This document shows positions 1-10,312 of a stretch of 64,000 nucleotides of DNA, one piece after another. The position numbers and the translations under genes are program-made. The notes beneath the pieces were generated by a model that made no database searches, was not told the DNA's origin, and saw only the letters and a program-made list of their open reading frames with translations. The stretch's first letter is position 1, and the number at the start of each line of letters is the position of its first letter. Origin of the DNA: Candidatus Babeliales bacterium (GTDB lineage: Bacteria > Babelota > Babeliae > Babelales > JANWKD01); assembly GCA_963722075.1 (NCBI GenBank), contig CAVRJM010000001.1:1248001-1312000 (forward strand). Direction: 5' to 3'.

Positions 1-21
1 AATAACAAAAAGGAAAAAGAA

Positions 22-651
22 ATGAAAATTATAGATATTAGTTGGCCGCTTTCAGAAAACATGACGCAATATAAAGATGTAGATTTATTTTCAGCTACTC
101 ATATTACAAAGCCGACTAGTGGTGCGATGGAAACGCACGTTTCTCTTTCCTCTCATACCGGTACGCATGTTGATGCGCCAGCGCATTTTATAGCAGATGG
201 TAAAACAATTGATCAAATTCCCTTGCAACAATTATTAGGTGAATGCCGGGTGCTTGATTTAACGCATGTAACAGAAAAAATTACCCATAATGATCTTGCT
301 GCTCATGCAATAAATGAACATGAAATCATACTTATTAAAACCACTAATAGTTTCATTAGCTCTGTTGATCGTTTTAATCCGGCATTTGTATATGTAACAG
401 CAGACGCAGCCCATTTTTTGGTAGCAAAGAAAATTAAAGCACTGGGCTTTGATTATTTAGGTATTGAACGCAATCAGCCCGATCACCCGAGCCATAAAGC
501 ACTAATGATGGCCAATATTCCTATTGTTGAAGGGTTGCGGTTAGTGGATGTGAATGCTGGGATCTATTTTTTTTGCTGTATGCCGTTATTATTACCCGGT
601 GCCGATGCAGCACCTGCACGTGCTATTTTAATTGAAGATATCATTAAGTAG
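22..651 (+). CDS. Cyclase family protein (kynurenine formamidase-like metal hydrolase)
   Basis: HTGTHVDAPAH motif, G-x-D (GFDYLG), IVEGL, GADAAPARA C-terminus. Confidence 0.9.
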   Translation: MKIIDISWPLSENMTQYKDVDLFSATHITKPTSGAMETHVSLSSHTGTHVDAPAHFIADGKTIDQIPLQQLLGECRVLDLTHVTEKITHNDLAAHAINEHEIILIKTTNSFISSVDRFNPAFVYVTADAAHFLVAKKIKALGFDYLGIERNQPDHPSHKALMMANIPIVEGLRLVDVNAGIYFFCCMPLLLPGADAAPARAILIEDIIK

Positions 652-658
652 CATTAAT

Positions 659-1837
659 TTATTGTTGATTGGGCAAATGCAAGGTGGAGCAATACCCGCA
701 TTCTTTAAATACGGTTAGGAGTGGCTCAAAGGTCTTTCGTTTAGACGGAGTAAGCAAATATGGTTTATCATGGAACTCATTTATATCTTTTTGGAGATTT
801 TGAATTGCCGAATGCTCATTTTGTTCTTCATCTTCGGGATCAATATTCTTGTATAATTTATTAGGATTAGCCTCATTTGATAATAAGAATTTAATAAATC
901 CTAACCAGTTATTGCGCCTTGTTTTACAATTGTCAGTACAAAAATATTCAATAGCGGCCATTAGCAATGGTAATCTGCGGAATGTATATTTTTTTCTACA
1001 CTGATAATAGATTCCAGGTCCAATAAATAAATTATTTGGATTTACGCCATATTGTAATAATTTCTGGACAAATAAATTCAATTCTTGAAATGTTTTATTC
1101 AAAGCTATTGTTTTACAGCACTTACATTCATAAAAATTAAAAACATTCCTTTTCTTGCAGTTATCACAAAAAATGCCGACAGGATAGTTTGAATCCCAAA
1201 ACAACGTATAGATGGTTTTTGGATCAATAGTGGCTTTTCTGTTCATTAAATCAGTACTAAGTTCAAAATCACCAATCAAAAGCGAGAAAAATAATATCGA
1301 TTTTCCTTGAATTAAAAAATTACTTTGCATATTGTTCTTTAGAAGAATAGTAATTGCATCGAGCACCGGTAAAATATGCATCTGTGCACATTCTCGCTCA
1401 TCTCTATTTTTAAGATTAGGAAACTTCTTTAAAGTTTCTACTATATAATTTGCATTAATACAAAAACTATTTTTTGTAGTGTCACTTTTTTTATTAAGTT
1501 GTTCCATAATTTCAGTCAATACACAATCAGAAGCGATATTCCATGGGAAGTTTTTGTGGATGAGCGGGTCTTGTGCTATCGAGTGATTATGATGTGAGCA
1601 TAAACTGAAACTTAAAAGAGACTTATATGAATTAAGTGCACGTTCAAATTGCTTATAATTTTCAATGGTCGCGGGCATTCCGCAAACAAAGCCTGCTACA
1701 TGATAGCTTAATTCATTAGGCAAGAAAGTGAAAAAATCAATTGCAATAGAAGTTTGATTAGTATTACTTGCTTGCTCCATGAGTAAGCTTTTTGTGGGCA
1801 ACATTAATACTATTAATAATATTATGCATTTTTTCAC
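659..1837 (-). CDS. Secreted F-box-like and ankyrin-repeat protein (putative effector)
   Basis: Signal peptide then MEQ; FTFLPNELSYHVAGFV...LLSFSLCS...DPLI resembles an F-box; ankyrin-like KLLQYGVNPN, PLLMAAIE, FIKFLLSNEANPN. Confidence 0.6.
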   Translation of the reverse strand: MKKCIILLIVLMLPTKSLLMEQASNTNQTSIAIDFFTFLPNELSYHVAGFVCGMPATIENYKQFERALNSYKSLLSFSLCSHHNHSIAQDPLIHKNFPWNIASDCVLTEIMEQLNKKSDTTKNSFCINANYIVETLKKFPNLKNRDERECAQMHILPVLDAITILLKNNMQSNFLIQGKSILFFSLLIGDFELSTDLMNRKATIDPKTIYTLFWDSNYPVGIFCDNCKKRNVFNFYECKCCKTIALNKTFQELNLFVQKLLQYGVNPNNLFIGPGIYYQCRKKYTFRRLPLLMAAIEYFCTDNCKTRRNNWLGFIKFLLSNEANPNKLYKNIDPEDEEQNEHSAIQNLQKDINEFHDKPYLLTPSKRKTFEPLLTVFKECGYCSTLHLPNQQ

Positions 1838-2031
1838 GTAAAATCCTTTATTAATGCTTTTATTAAAAATATGATTGATAGTATTCTATCGAAAAGAAGT
1901 AATTATATCAAAATATTACAATATGGAAATTTCCATGAAGAAGGTATGAGTCCGAATCTAAAAGTTCCTTGTAAAATTAAAATCATAATTAAAATTTACA
2001 AGGAATTTTTGTTTTTTTAAGTCAATAGGGC

Positions 2032-2071
2032 ATTATGATTATGGTCATAGATAATTGACCATAATCATAAT
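2032..2071. promoter_or_regulatory. Perfect 16-bp inverted repeat upstream of the superoxide dismutase gene (operator candidate)
   Basis: ATTATGATTATGGTCA-N8-TGACCATAATCATAAT; the ATAATCATAAT arms resemble Fur-family boxes. Confidence 0.45.
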
Positions 2072-2118
2072 AAAATGGTATTTTTTTGTACGAAATTATA
2101 GTTATAAAGGAATAAACA

Positions 2119-2856
2119 ATGAAAAAAATTGCTATTATTATTGGCTGCATATTAGTAATTACCATACAGGCGAGCTTTCTTTCTGAATCTTTGATAGGTA
2201 AAAAAGAAAAAAATGAACTACAAAAGCTTCCTCTGCCCCATTATGAATCAAAAAAGTTTGATTTACAGGCAACATTGAAGGGTTTTAGCAAAAAACAAAT
2301 TGACGAGCATAAAGAGCTGTATCAGGGATATGTTAATAAAAGAAATGAAATAACAGAGCGCTTACAAGATGCTGATCGCTCACCTGCCAATAAAAGTTAT
2401 TCATCATTCAGAGCTCTTAAGACCGCTGAAACGTTTGCTATGAATGGTGACATTTTACATCGTTTATATTTTCAAAATATGGGATCAACGGGCAAGAAAA
2501 TAGGCCCAAAAACAGAAGAATATATTATAAAAAATTTTGGTTCTGTAGGTGCCTTCAAAGAGGATTTGTTTGCTACTGCTAAAGCAGCACGCGGCTGGGC
2601 GGTAACTGCCTTTACTCCCGATGATGGACGCATTAATAATTTTCTTTTTGATACGCATAATCAAAAAGTTCCTGCACTTGCTATACCTATTTTAGTTCTT
2701 GATGTGTATGAACATGCATATATGATCGATTTTGGCATTAAAGTAGTCTCTTATCTAGATGTTTTTTGGGATAATATTAATTGGGACGTTATAGAACAAC
2801 GCATGAATTTCATCGATAAGTACCATAATGTATGGAGCGAATATTTTATTGATTAG
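2119..2856 (+). CDS. Fe/Mn superoxide dismutase with N-terminal signal peptide
   Basis: LPLPHY, His ligands in DEHKELY and ILHRLYF, LDVYEHAY motif, INWD C-terminus. Confidence 0.9.
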   Translation: MKKIAIIIGCILVITIQASFLSESLIGKKEKNELQKLPLPHYESKKFDLQATLKGFSKKQIDEHKELYQGYVNKRNEITERLQDADRSPANKSYSSFRALKTAETFAMNGDILHRLYFQNMGSTGKKIGPKTEEYIIKNFGSVGAFKEDLFATAKAARGWAVTAFTPDDGRINNFLFDTHNQKVPALAIPILVLDVYEHAYMIDFGIKVVSYLDVFWDNINWDVIEQRMNFIDKYHNVWSEYFID

Positions 2857-3439
2857 TACCTGAATCGTCTTTACAGCAAATCTTTAATAGTTGATGAGCC
2901 CATAACATTCTTTGGTCTCTAAAACTTTCATGACAATTAGGGCAGTTGAATATACTTTCATGCTTATGGTTAAAAATATGTTCATCGAATAGGGTCTGTT
3001 TGTAAAATTGTTTGGCACAGTAATGACAGACCTGTAATTTTCTTGTGGGCATAGTTTTTGTAGGTTTTTTGTATTTTCTTTTTGGCTTTGTTTGTGAAGC
3101 TACTTTCTTATTGGACGTTTTATTAATAATTAGTTTATTAACTGTTAGAATATGAGTCTTTTTTAGAATTGTGTCATTGAAACAGTTTGTTGATTGAGGT
3201 GATGGAGTTATAGTTTGATTTGATTTATTTTGTAACGGTCCAGTTGCAATGGGACTCAACATAGAATCATTTTGAATTGAAACCGGAGTTTGTGAGGGTA
3301 CTGTAAAATCACTTAGAAATGGTAATAATGTAGCATCTTCTACCTTTTCTGCATCAGGAAATTCGTAAATCCAGGTTAAATTATCCATTGCTTCAAGATA
3401 ACCGATAAAAAAGATTAGTATAAAAAAATTTTTTTTCAT
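2846..3439 (-). CDS. Secreted C2H2 zinc-finger protein (eukaryote-like)
   Basis: Signal peptide LEA|MD; CHYCAKQF...EHIFNH and CPNCHESF...AHQLLKIC fingers; basic PKRKYKKP segment. Confidence 0.7.
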   Translation of the reverse strand: MKKNFFILIFFIGYLEAMDNLTWIYEFPDAEKVEDATLLPFLSDFTVPSQTPVSIQNDSMLSPIATGPLQNKSNQTITPSPQSTNCFNDTILKKTHILTVNKLIINKTSNKKVASQTKPKRKYKKPTKTMPTRKLQVCHYCAKQFYKQTLFDEHIFNHKHESIFNCPNCHESFRDQRMLWAHQLLKICCKDDSGTNQ

Positions 3440-3578
3440 AATTACTTATTCCTTATTAAATTTAATTCTTAATAATGATACTGTTTTTTACAAAAAATTC
3501 CATTTGTTGTTTTTTATGAACGGTTTTTGCTAATATAATATATGTAAATTTATATTTGCAATTAAAGGAAAGAAGAAT

Positions 3579-4133
3579 ATGAAATTAATTAAGTATATTT
3601 TTTTTACATATATATTATTACTTAGCTTTTTTATTAAGGCATCAGAAGTCAATATTAATGGTTTAAAATCTAAAAATGCTAAAATTACCGAGAAAGTTGA
3701 ATTAATTTCACGTAAAAATGTGACCGAAATATTGAAACTTGGATTTCCGAGATTTTATGAATTATTAGGCAAAACGGGATATCTTCCAGCTTTAGAAGGT
3801 GCTAACGCTGTTACGATATTTGCCCCAACCGATGATGCGGTGAAAAAATTAAATGACATTTTTGGTGGAAAAGAGGCATTTAATAGGATTTTTGGTACTT
3901 CCGAAGGTATAGAAAAATTAAAAAAGATAGTGCGATTACATATTGCTCCTGATACTACGATGGCAGCAGATATTATGGAAATGAGTTCCATTCAGCCTTT
4001 TGGGGGTGGGAAATTGAATTTAAAAACCAAAAATGGTGTTATAACCATTAACGATAGCTCCGCAGTAATTCAAGCAGACATTTTAGGTAGTAATGGCGTA
4101 GTTCATGCAATTGATGCGGTAATTATGCCTTAA
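3579..4133 (+). CDS. Fasciclin (FAS1) domain protein
   Basis: TIFAPTDDA and NGVVHAIDAVI motifs; signal peptide. Confidence 0.9.
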   Translation: MKLIKYIFFTYILLLSFFIKASEVNINGLKSKNAKITEKVELISRKNVTEILKLGFPRFYELLGKTGYLPALEGANAVTIFAPTDDAVKKLNDIFGGKEAFNRIFGTSEGIEKLKKIVRLHIAPDTTMAADIMEMSSIQPFGGGKLNLKTKNGVITINDSSAVIQADILGSNGVVHAIDAVIMP

Positions 4134-4873
4134 AACCCAAAAAGACGAATAGTGCTTATAAAATCATTATAATTTCCGGTGACGATCCATTGTACTTTTG
4201 AATCGGTAAGTGGATTGGCATGCAATTCAAATAATACGGTGCGTATGAGTAATTCAGGGGAGACTAGGGAAATAGTGGCATGGTAATTGCTTACTATCAA
4301 CTCTTTAATCAAAGCATAATGAGTACAACCAAGAAGTAACGTATCAATATTGGTATTAAGAAATATCTTAAAATAAGATCGTAGTAAAGAAACGATTTTC
4401 TGTTGATTTGTATACTGCTTTTCTATAGCGCTTGCCAATTGAGGACATGCTTTATCCAAGATTGTTAAATTGGCATTATATTGTAACAACTTTTTCTTAT
4501 GAAGTTGGGTAGCAATAGTTGCTTTTGTTCCTACAATACCAATGATGCCATTTTTAGTAGTAGTGAGCGCTTCTTGAATGATAAGTTCAACGATATCGAT
4601 AAAATAGATAGTTGGAAATTGTTCTTTTAAGTAATTTAATGCATTAGTTGATGCAGTATGGCAGGCAATAATGATAATGGTACATCCTTGTTGTACTAAA
4701 TGATTCACTGCAATATAGGTCAGATTTTGAATTTCTAGCGCACTTCGTTTACCGTAGGGCATATGAAGGGTATCAGCAAAATAAATGAATTCAAAGCCTG
4801 GTAACGATATGATTTCCTTTAAAATTGATAAACCACCAATGCCTGAATCAAAAATGCCAATTTTTTTTAACAT
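4130..4873 (-). CDS. murI: Glutamate racemase
   Basis: IGIFDSGIGGLS, PYG, IACHTAS, LGCTHY. Confidence 0.95.
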   Translation of the reverse strand: MLKKIGIFDSGIGGLSILKEIISLPGFEFIYFADTLHMPYGKRSALEIQNLTYIAVNHLVQQGCTIIIIACHTASTNALNYLKEQFPTIYFIDIVELIIQEALTTTKNGIIGIVGTKATIATQLHKKKLLQYNANLTILDKACPQLASAIEKQYTNQQKIVSLLRSYFKIFLNTNIDTLLLGCTHYALIKELIVSNYHATISLVSPELLIRTVLFELHANPLTDSKVQWIVTGNYNDFISTIRLFGF

Positions 4874-4977
4874 GACAACTTATTAAGTTTAATTCTTCTT
4901 TGACTCTTTATTTTTTATAAATGGATCCAGCCTTCGTTAATCCAGCCGCCGCTAACGTATAGGATATTATTAATTAA

Positions 4978-5005
4978 TGGATCCCCACGCAAGCTCGGGA
5001 TGACG
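4978..5005 (-). repeat. CGTC-type REP-like hairpin
   Basis: Reverse complement CGTC-ATCCC-GAGCTTGCGTG-GGGAT-CCA. Confidence 0.8.
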
Positions 5006-5079
5006 ATTGCCGGAATATTGACCATACCAAATGATAATGTCTAAAAACAAAGAAAGTCATTTTAAATGCATTTGCCTGG

Positions 5080-5604
5080 TTAATAAGAAAAGTCTGGGTA
5101 AAACACTTTTATTTCTTTTTTAGCATTTTCAATCGAATCAGAACCATGTATCGCATTGTGGGTGATATCAGTGCCAAAAAGTTTTCTAATGGTCCCTTCT
5201 TCTGCCTTAGCCGGATCAGTAGCTCCCATGAGCGTACGCCAATCTTTAATGGCATTTTCTTTTTGCAATACCATAATAACGCTTGGTCCTGAGGTAATGT
5301 AATTAATTAACTCCTTAAAGAAAGGGCGTTCTTTATGGATTGCGTAAAATTCTTCTGCTTGTTTTTTTGAAATTACCACTTTTTCTATTTTTAATAGTAC
5401 AAAATCATGATGTTCAATACTATCAATAATTTTGCCGGTATTTTTTGCCGTTACGGCATCGGGTTTAATAATAGCAAATGTTTTTTCAAAGGGTTCACAA
5501 CTTGTTTTAACGTCTAATAATTTTTTAAAATTACTCACATTTAACAGAATAAACAGCGCTAATCCAGCAATAAAAACTGAAATTACCATCATTGTTTTAT
5601 TCAT
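5080..5604 (-). CDS. ndk: Nucleoside diphosphate kinase with N-terminal signal/anchor
   Basis: TFAIIKPDAV, F-Y-x-x-H-x-x-R-P-F-F, GTIR, NAIHGSDS; extra hydrophobic N-terminus. Confidence 0.92.
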   Translation of the reverse strand: MNKTMMVISVFIAGLALFILLNVSNFKKLLDVKTSCEPFEKTFAIIKPDAVTAKNTGKIIDSIEHHDFVLLKIEKVVISKKQAEEFYAIHKERPFFKELINYITSGPSVIMVLQKENAIKDWRTLMGATDPAKAEEGTIRKLFGTDITHNAIHGSDSIENAKKEIKVFYPDFSY

Positions 5605-5624
5605 AGTTATGCCCCGTTATAGAG

Positions 5625-5651
5625 AACGAGGCGGGATAAACCCGCCTCGTT
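5625..5651. terminator. GC-rich hairpin between the two ndk genes
   Basis: AACGAGGCGGG-ATAAA-CCCGCCTCGTT; weak U-tract on the coding strand. Confidence 0.55.
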
Positions 5652-5656
5652 TATTA

Positions 5657-6067
5657 TTACATTACTGTTGGAAAAAATTGCTTAATTTCTATAAGTGCAT
5701 TTTCTGAAGAATCAGATCCGTGCACCACATTAAAATCAATCGATTCACCAAAGAGCTTACGCAAAGTACCTGGTTCAGCTTTTAAGGGGTCAGTAGCTCC
5801 CATAAAATCACGCCATGCTTTAATAGCGTTATCCTTTTGCAATACCAAAATAATGGCAGGGCCCATGGTAACGTTAGAAACTAAGTTAGGAAAAAAAGGC
5901 TTTTCTTTATGAATTGCATAGAATTGCTCAGCTTGTTTTTTAGATAAATGGATCTTCTCCATTGCTAAAATTTCAAAGCCATTTTTTTCTATAAGATCAA
6001 TAATAGCGCCTGTTTTTTTACCGGTAACGGCATGTGGCTTAATAATTGCTAAGGTTTTCTCTATCAT
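5657..6067 (-). CDS. ndk: Nucleoside diphosphate kinase
   Basis: TLAIIKPHAV, GATDP, GTLR, NVVHGSDS. Confidence 0.95.
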   Translation of the reverse strand: MIEKTLAIIKPHAVTGKKTGAIIDLIEKNGFEILAMEKIHLSKKQAEQFYAIHKEKPFFPNLVSNVTMGPAIILVLQKDNAIKAWRDFMGATDPLKAEPGTLRKLFGESIDFNVVHGSDSSENALIEIKQFFPTVM

Positions 6068-6089
6068 GAAAAACTCCTGTTGTTATATA

Positions 6090-7898
6090 TTATTCTTCGG
6101 ATTCATTATCACGGCGTGCGGCATGTTTTTCAAGCTCAATTTGAAGCATTGATTTTGGCTTAGTTGTTTGTTCAGATCTTTTATCTTTATTGCGTGATGG
6201 TTTTTCGCTGATGAAAGATTCTTTTTTTGCTTTCTTTTCTCTTGATTCATCTTCATCCGTTAATTTTAAGCTTAAGCCAAGTTTATGTTCTTCTTTGCTT
6301 ACCTTAATAACACGGAATGGATATTTTTGGCCAACTTTAAGAATGTCATTAACATTATCAACATTATTCTTAGAAAGTTCAGAAACATGAACGAGGCCTT
6401 CGATACCGATCGGAAGCTTAATGAAGGCACCAAAATTGGTTATTTTAGAAACTTCACCTTCAATAATAGTTCCTATTGGATATTGTTGTTCGATGAGTTC
6501 CCATGGATTAGGCTGTAACTGTTTGATTCCTAATGCGATGCGTTTATTTTCTTCATCAACACTGAGAACAACTGCTTCTACTTCTTGACCCTTTTTATAG
6601 ATATCTGCTGGATGAGTAATGTGTTCGGTCCAAGAAAGATCTGAAATATGAACAAGGCCATCGATACCAGGCAGTAATTGTACAAAAATACCAAAATCGG
6701 TAATGTTACTGATTTGGCCTTTTATTCGTTGCCCTACTTTAAATTGTTCACCAATTGCTTGCCATGGATTTTTTTGAAGCTGCTTAATACTGAGCGACAT
6801 GCGGCGATTGTCTTTATCTAAGGAAACAATTAACACCTCAATAGTGTCGCCAACTCTAAAATGTTTATGAAGATCATGAATACGATCGGTCCAAGAAATT
6901 TCTGAAATATGAACAAGGCCTTCAACGCCTTTTTGAATTTCTACAAAGAGACCGTAATCAGTAATGCTTGAAATTCTTCCTTTAACCTGTGCGCCCACTT
7001 TAATATCTTCAGGAATGGTTGCCCATGGATTATCAGTAAGCTGCTTCATGCCAAGGGAGATCTTTTCAGTATCTTTATCAAAGGAAAGTACTTTAACGGT
7101 AACCTTATCCCCGATTTTTACTAGTTCACTTGGATGGGTTATTCTACCCCAGGTCATATCAGTAATATGAAGGAGGCCGTCAACGCCACCAATGTCTATA
7201 AAGACACCATAATTGGTAATGTTTTTAACGATTCCCTGAATAACGGAGCCTTCTTTAAGTCCTTCAAGGATCTTCTTACGTGATTCTTGTCGTTGGTCAT
7301 TGAGGAATTTACGACGAGAAATAATAACATTTCCACGTTTTTGATTAATTTTTATAATGTACGCGGTAATAGATTGGCCTACGTATTGATCAAAATCAGC
7401 AACGCGCTGTACATCAACTTGCGATCCAGGCAAGAATGCTGGGATGCCAATATCGACGCTTAAGCCACCACGTACCTTGTGGGTTACAATACCTTCTACC
7501 GGTTTATTTTCTTCAAATAGTTTAGTGATATGATCCCACGCACGTAATGCTTTAGCTTTTTCATAAGAGAGGCTTAAATTGCCTTCAATATTCTCAATCT
7601 CATCAAGAATTACTTCTATTTCTGATTGTGGGGCTAATTTTTTGAGCTCATGTTCAGAGAATTCATATAATGGAATTAAACCAAGGGATTTATAACCAAT
7701 ATCAACTAAAACACCATTTTGATCGATAGAAACAGCTCTTCCTATAACTATTTTACCTGGTTTGAATTTATCTACGATACCATTGTAAATAGCGTTTAAT
7801 TCTTGCAGTTGTTCTTGATTAAAATCGACTAATGGTTCGTTACTCCAATCTTTTTTAATATGGGCAAATTGGGTACTTTTTATGACTTCTTTGGACAT
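6090..7898 (-). CDS. rpsA: 30S ribosomal protein S1
   Basis: Six S1 repeats (NITNYGVFIDIGGVDGLLHITD, GLVHISE and others). Confidence 0.97.
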   Translation of the reverse strand: MSKEVIKSTQFAHIKKDWSNEPLVDFNQEQLQELNAIYNGIVDKFKPGKIVIGRAVSIDQNGVLVDIGYKSLGLIPLYEFSEHELKKLAPQSEIEVILDEIENIEGNLSLSYEKAKALRAWDHITKLFEENKPVEGIVTHKVRGGLSVDIGIPAFLPGSQVDVQRVADFDQYVGQSITAYIIKINQKRGNVIISRRKFLNDQRQESRKKILEGLKEGSVIQGIVKNITNYGVFIDIGGVDGLLHITDMTWGRITHPSELVKIGDKVTVKVLSFDKDTEKISLGMKQLTDNPWATIPEDIKVGAQVKGRISSITDYGLFVEIQKGVEGLVHISEISWTDRIHDLHKHFRVGDTIEVLIVSLDKDNRRMSLSIKQLQKNPWQAIGEQFKVGQRIKGQISNITDFGIFVQLLPGIDGLVHISDLSWTEHITHPADIYKKGQEVEAVVLSVDEENKRIALGIKQLQPNPWELIEQQYPIGTIIEGEVSKITNFGAFIKLPIGIEGLVHVSELSKNNVDNVNDILKVGQKYPFRVIKVSKEEHKLGLSLKLTDEDESREKKAKKESFISEKPSRNKDKRSEQTTKPKSMLQIELEKHAARRDNESEE

Positions 7899-8012
7899 TC
7901 AGTGCTCGTAAAGGGTTTAAGGGTTAACAAAATACAAATATTGTAAAGTTTAACATCAAATTGAGAAATTGACAAATCTCATAAGTGCTTTATTGAATAT
8001 TTGCAACGATTT

Positions 8013-9815
8013 TTATTCGGCTTGGGAATGGTCACTATTTTGGGTTGCTTGTTTTTTCCATAAGCGAGCATAAAGACCGTCCTTTTTAATGAGTTCTTCA
8101 TGGGTACCTTGCTCCACAATAATACCGTGTTCCAGCACTATAATAGAATCAGCATGGGTTACCGTGGAAAGGCGATGGGCAATAATCACCGTGGTTGATC
8201 CAGCAGAAATTTCCTCTAGATTCTTTTGAATTTCCCGTTCCGTTTTAGTGTCTAAGGCAGAAGTAGCCTCATCAAACACATAAATAAGGGGCTTCTTTAA
8301 TAATACACGAGCGATGGCTACGCGTTGCTTTTCACCGCCTGAGAGTTTAAGCCCCCGCTCACCAACAACTGTTTTTAAGCCTTCGGGTAACTGTTTAATA
8401 AACGTATCAAGATGTGCTAAATAAGCAGCATGTTCTATTTCTTGGGCAGTGGCGTCAGGGCGCCCGTAGGCGATATTGTAATAAAGCGTATTATTAAAAA
8501 GAACGGTATCTTGAGGGACAATACCAATCAATTTTTGTAATGATTGTTGGGTAATAGTGCGGACATCATGCTTATTAATTAAAATAGAACCGCCCGTAAC
8601 GTCATAAAATCGATATAATAACCGTGCAATGGTCGATTTGCCTGACCCACTGGGGCCTACAATTGCTACTGAAGAACCAGCAGGAACATTAAAGGAAACA
8701 TTTTTTAAAATGGGCCGTAAGGGATTATACCCAAAGCTTACTTTGTCAAAGATAATTTCAGCATGATTTGTTTTAAGGGTAATCGAATTGGGTGCATCGA
8801 CTATTTCGGGTTTAATATGGAGCATAGCAAAAATATTCTCCATATCAGTTAATCCTTTGCGAATTTTACGTAAAAAATAGCCAAACCAACTTAATGGTTG
8901 AACAAATTGTAAAAGATATCCATTAACTAAAATAAAATCCCCAACATTCATGGTGCCATTTATGACGCTATTTCCTGAAAACCAGGTTAAAATAATAAGT
9001 CCGGTGCCTATAACGACGCCTTGTATTAAATGAACCGATTCAGAAGCAACATATTTCTTTGTGGTGGCATCTTCAACTTCTTGTAATAGCTGATCCACTT
9101 GCTGACGTTCAAATTCTTGGTTGCCAAAATATTTTACGGTTTCAAAGTTTAAAAGGCTATCAACGATACGTGCTTGCGCTGAAAAATGCTTTTCATTGCT
9201 TATGCGCTGTACATTTGCTGACCATTCAGAACCAATAATGCTAAAAGCGGTATAAATAACTAAAATAATTAATAAAATGAGTCCATAGAGGCTGCCATAA
9301 AATGACCATAAAATAGTAATGGCAACTAAAATTTCGATAATGGTTGGAATCAATGATAAAAAGAGACCCCAAAAAATATCAGGAAATGAATCTTGTGCTC
9401 GTTCAATAGCGCTGGTAATGGCGCCCGTACGGCGATCTAAATGGAAACGCAATGAAAGGTAATGAAAATGCGCAAATATTTTAATACTAATTAAATGAAT
9501 TGCATGTGACATTACCCTAAATAAAACTATTTCTCGTAATTGAAAGGTAATCTGGCTCAATAGCCATAAAAAGCCATATGACAATAATAATAGTTGTATA
9601 TAAACGGGGGCAGCTTGAGCAGTAAAGAGGGTGATAATTTTTTTTAATATAAGCGGCACTGAAATATTTAATACCATAGTGGTGATAATAAAAAATATGG
9701 AAATAAAAATACGTAATCGTAAATGCCAACTATGGGTCCATAAATAAGGGAATAATTGCACAATTATTTTTAATGGGCTTCGCTGAGATTGTTTTTTAGA
9801 AAGTAATCGAGTCAT
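8013..9815 (-). CDS. ABC transporter, fused permease/ATPase, ATM1/HMT1 type
   Basis: LSLRFHLDRRTG, DSLLNFETVKYF, GPSGSGKST, LSGGEKQRVAIAR, DEATSALD. Confidence 0.92.
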   Translation of the reverse strand: MTRLLSKKQSQRSPLKIIVQLFPYLWTHSWHLRLRIFISIFFIITTMVLNISVPLILKKIITLFTAQAAPVYIQLLLLSYGFLWLLSQITFQLREIVLFRVMSHAIHLISIKIFAHFHYLSLRFHLDRRTGAITSAIERAQDSFPDIFWGLFLSLIPTIIEILVAITILWSFYGSLYGLILLIILVIYTAFSIIGSEWSANVQRISNEKHFSAQARIVDSLLNFETVKYFGNQEFERQQVDQLLQEVEDATTKKYVASESVHLIQGVVIGTGLIILTWFSGNSVINGTMNVGDFILVNGYLLQFVQPLSWFGYFLRKIRKGLTDMENIFAMLHIKPEIVDAPNSITLKTNHAEIIFDKVSFGYNPLRPILKNVSFNVPAGSSVAIVGPSGSGKSTIARLLYRFYDVTGGSILINKHDVRTITQQSLQKLIGIVPQDTVLFNNTLYYNIAYGRPDATAQEIEHAAYLAHLDTFIKQLPEGLKTVVGERGLKLSGGEKQRVAIARVLLKKPLIYVFDEATSALDTKTEREIQKNLEEISAGSTTVIIAHRLSTVTHADSIIVLEHGIIVEQGTHEELIKKDGLYARLWKKQATQNSDHSQAE

Positions 9816-9879
9816 ACGTTTTTCCTTAGTAGGTATTGTAATGAGTATAACTCGTAAGCAAGAGAAACAACAATGTTAT

Positions 9880-10179
9880 TTATTGATTAGAGTTTTGACC
9901 TGTATTTGGGGTAATAACATTTCTGACCGCTTCTTGATAAGGAACTCTTCCTTCTAATTCCGCGTCTTTGATTTTTTGAAAGTACTCCATTGCTTCAACC
10001 TGTTTATCGACGGGGATTAAATGATATTGATCTTCAAGTTCCGGGATTTTACTGAATCGTTTTGCTGATTCAGGACGATCGGGAGAACGAACCACGTATG
10101 ATCTTTTTCTATTAATGATGGCGATGATGTATGAAAAGGTGAATGCTATCATCATTAAAAACAGTAGTTTTTTTGTCAT
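9880..10179 (-). CDS. Hypothetical protein with N-terminal hydrophobic anchor
   Basis: ORF; likely start MTKKLLFLMM; no recognisable motif. Confidence 0.5.
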   Translation of the reverse strand: MTKKLLFLMMIAFTFSYIIAIINRKRSYVVRSPDRPESAKRFSKIPELEDQYHLIPVDKQVEAMEYFQKIKDAELEGRVPYQEAVRNVITPNTGQNSNQ

Positions 10180-10312
10180 GATACAATCGCTTTGCTCGAA
10201 TAGAAGTTGAAAATAAAACGTCGTTACGATCCGCCCCATACTAAGATTTGGCGAATATGTCTTTGCCAAAACAATCCAGCTTAATATTACATCAATAAAG
10301 TGAATATTATAG

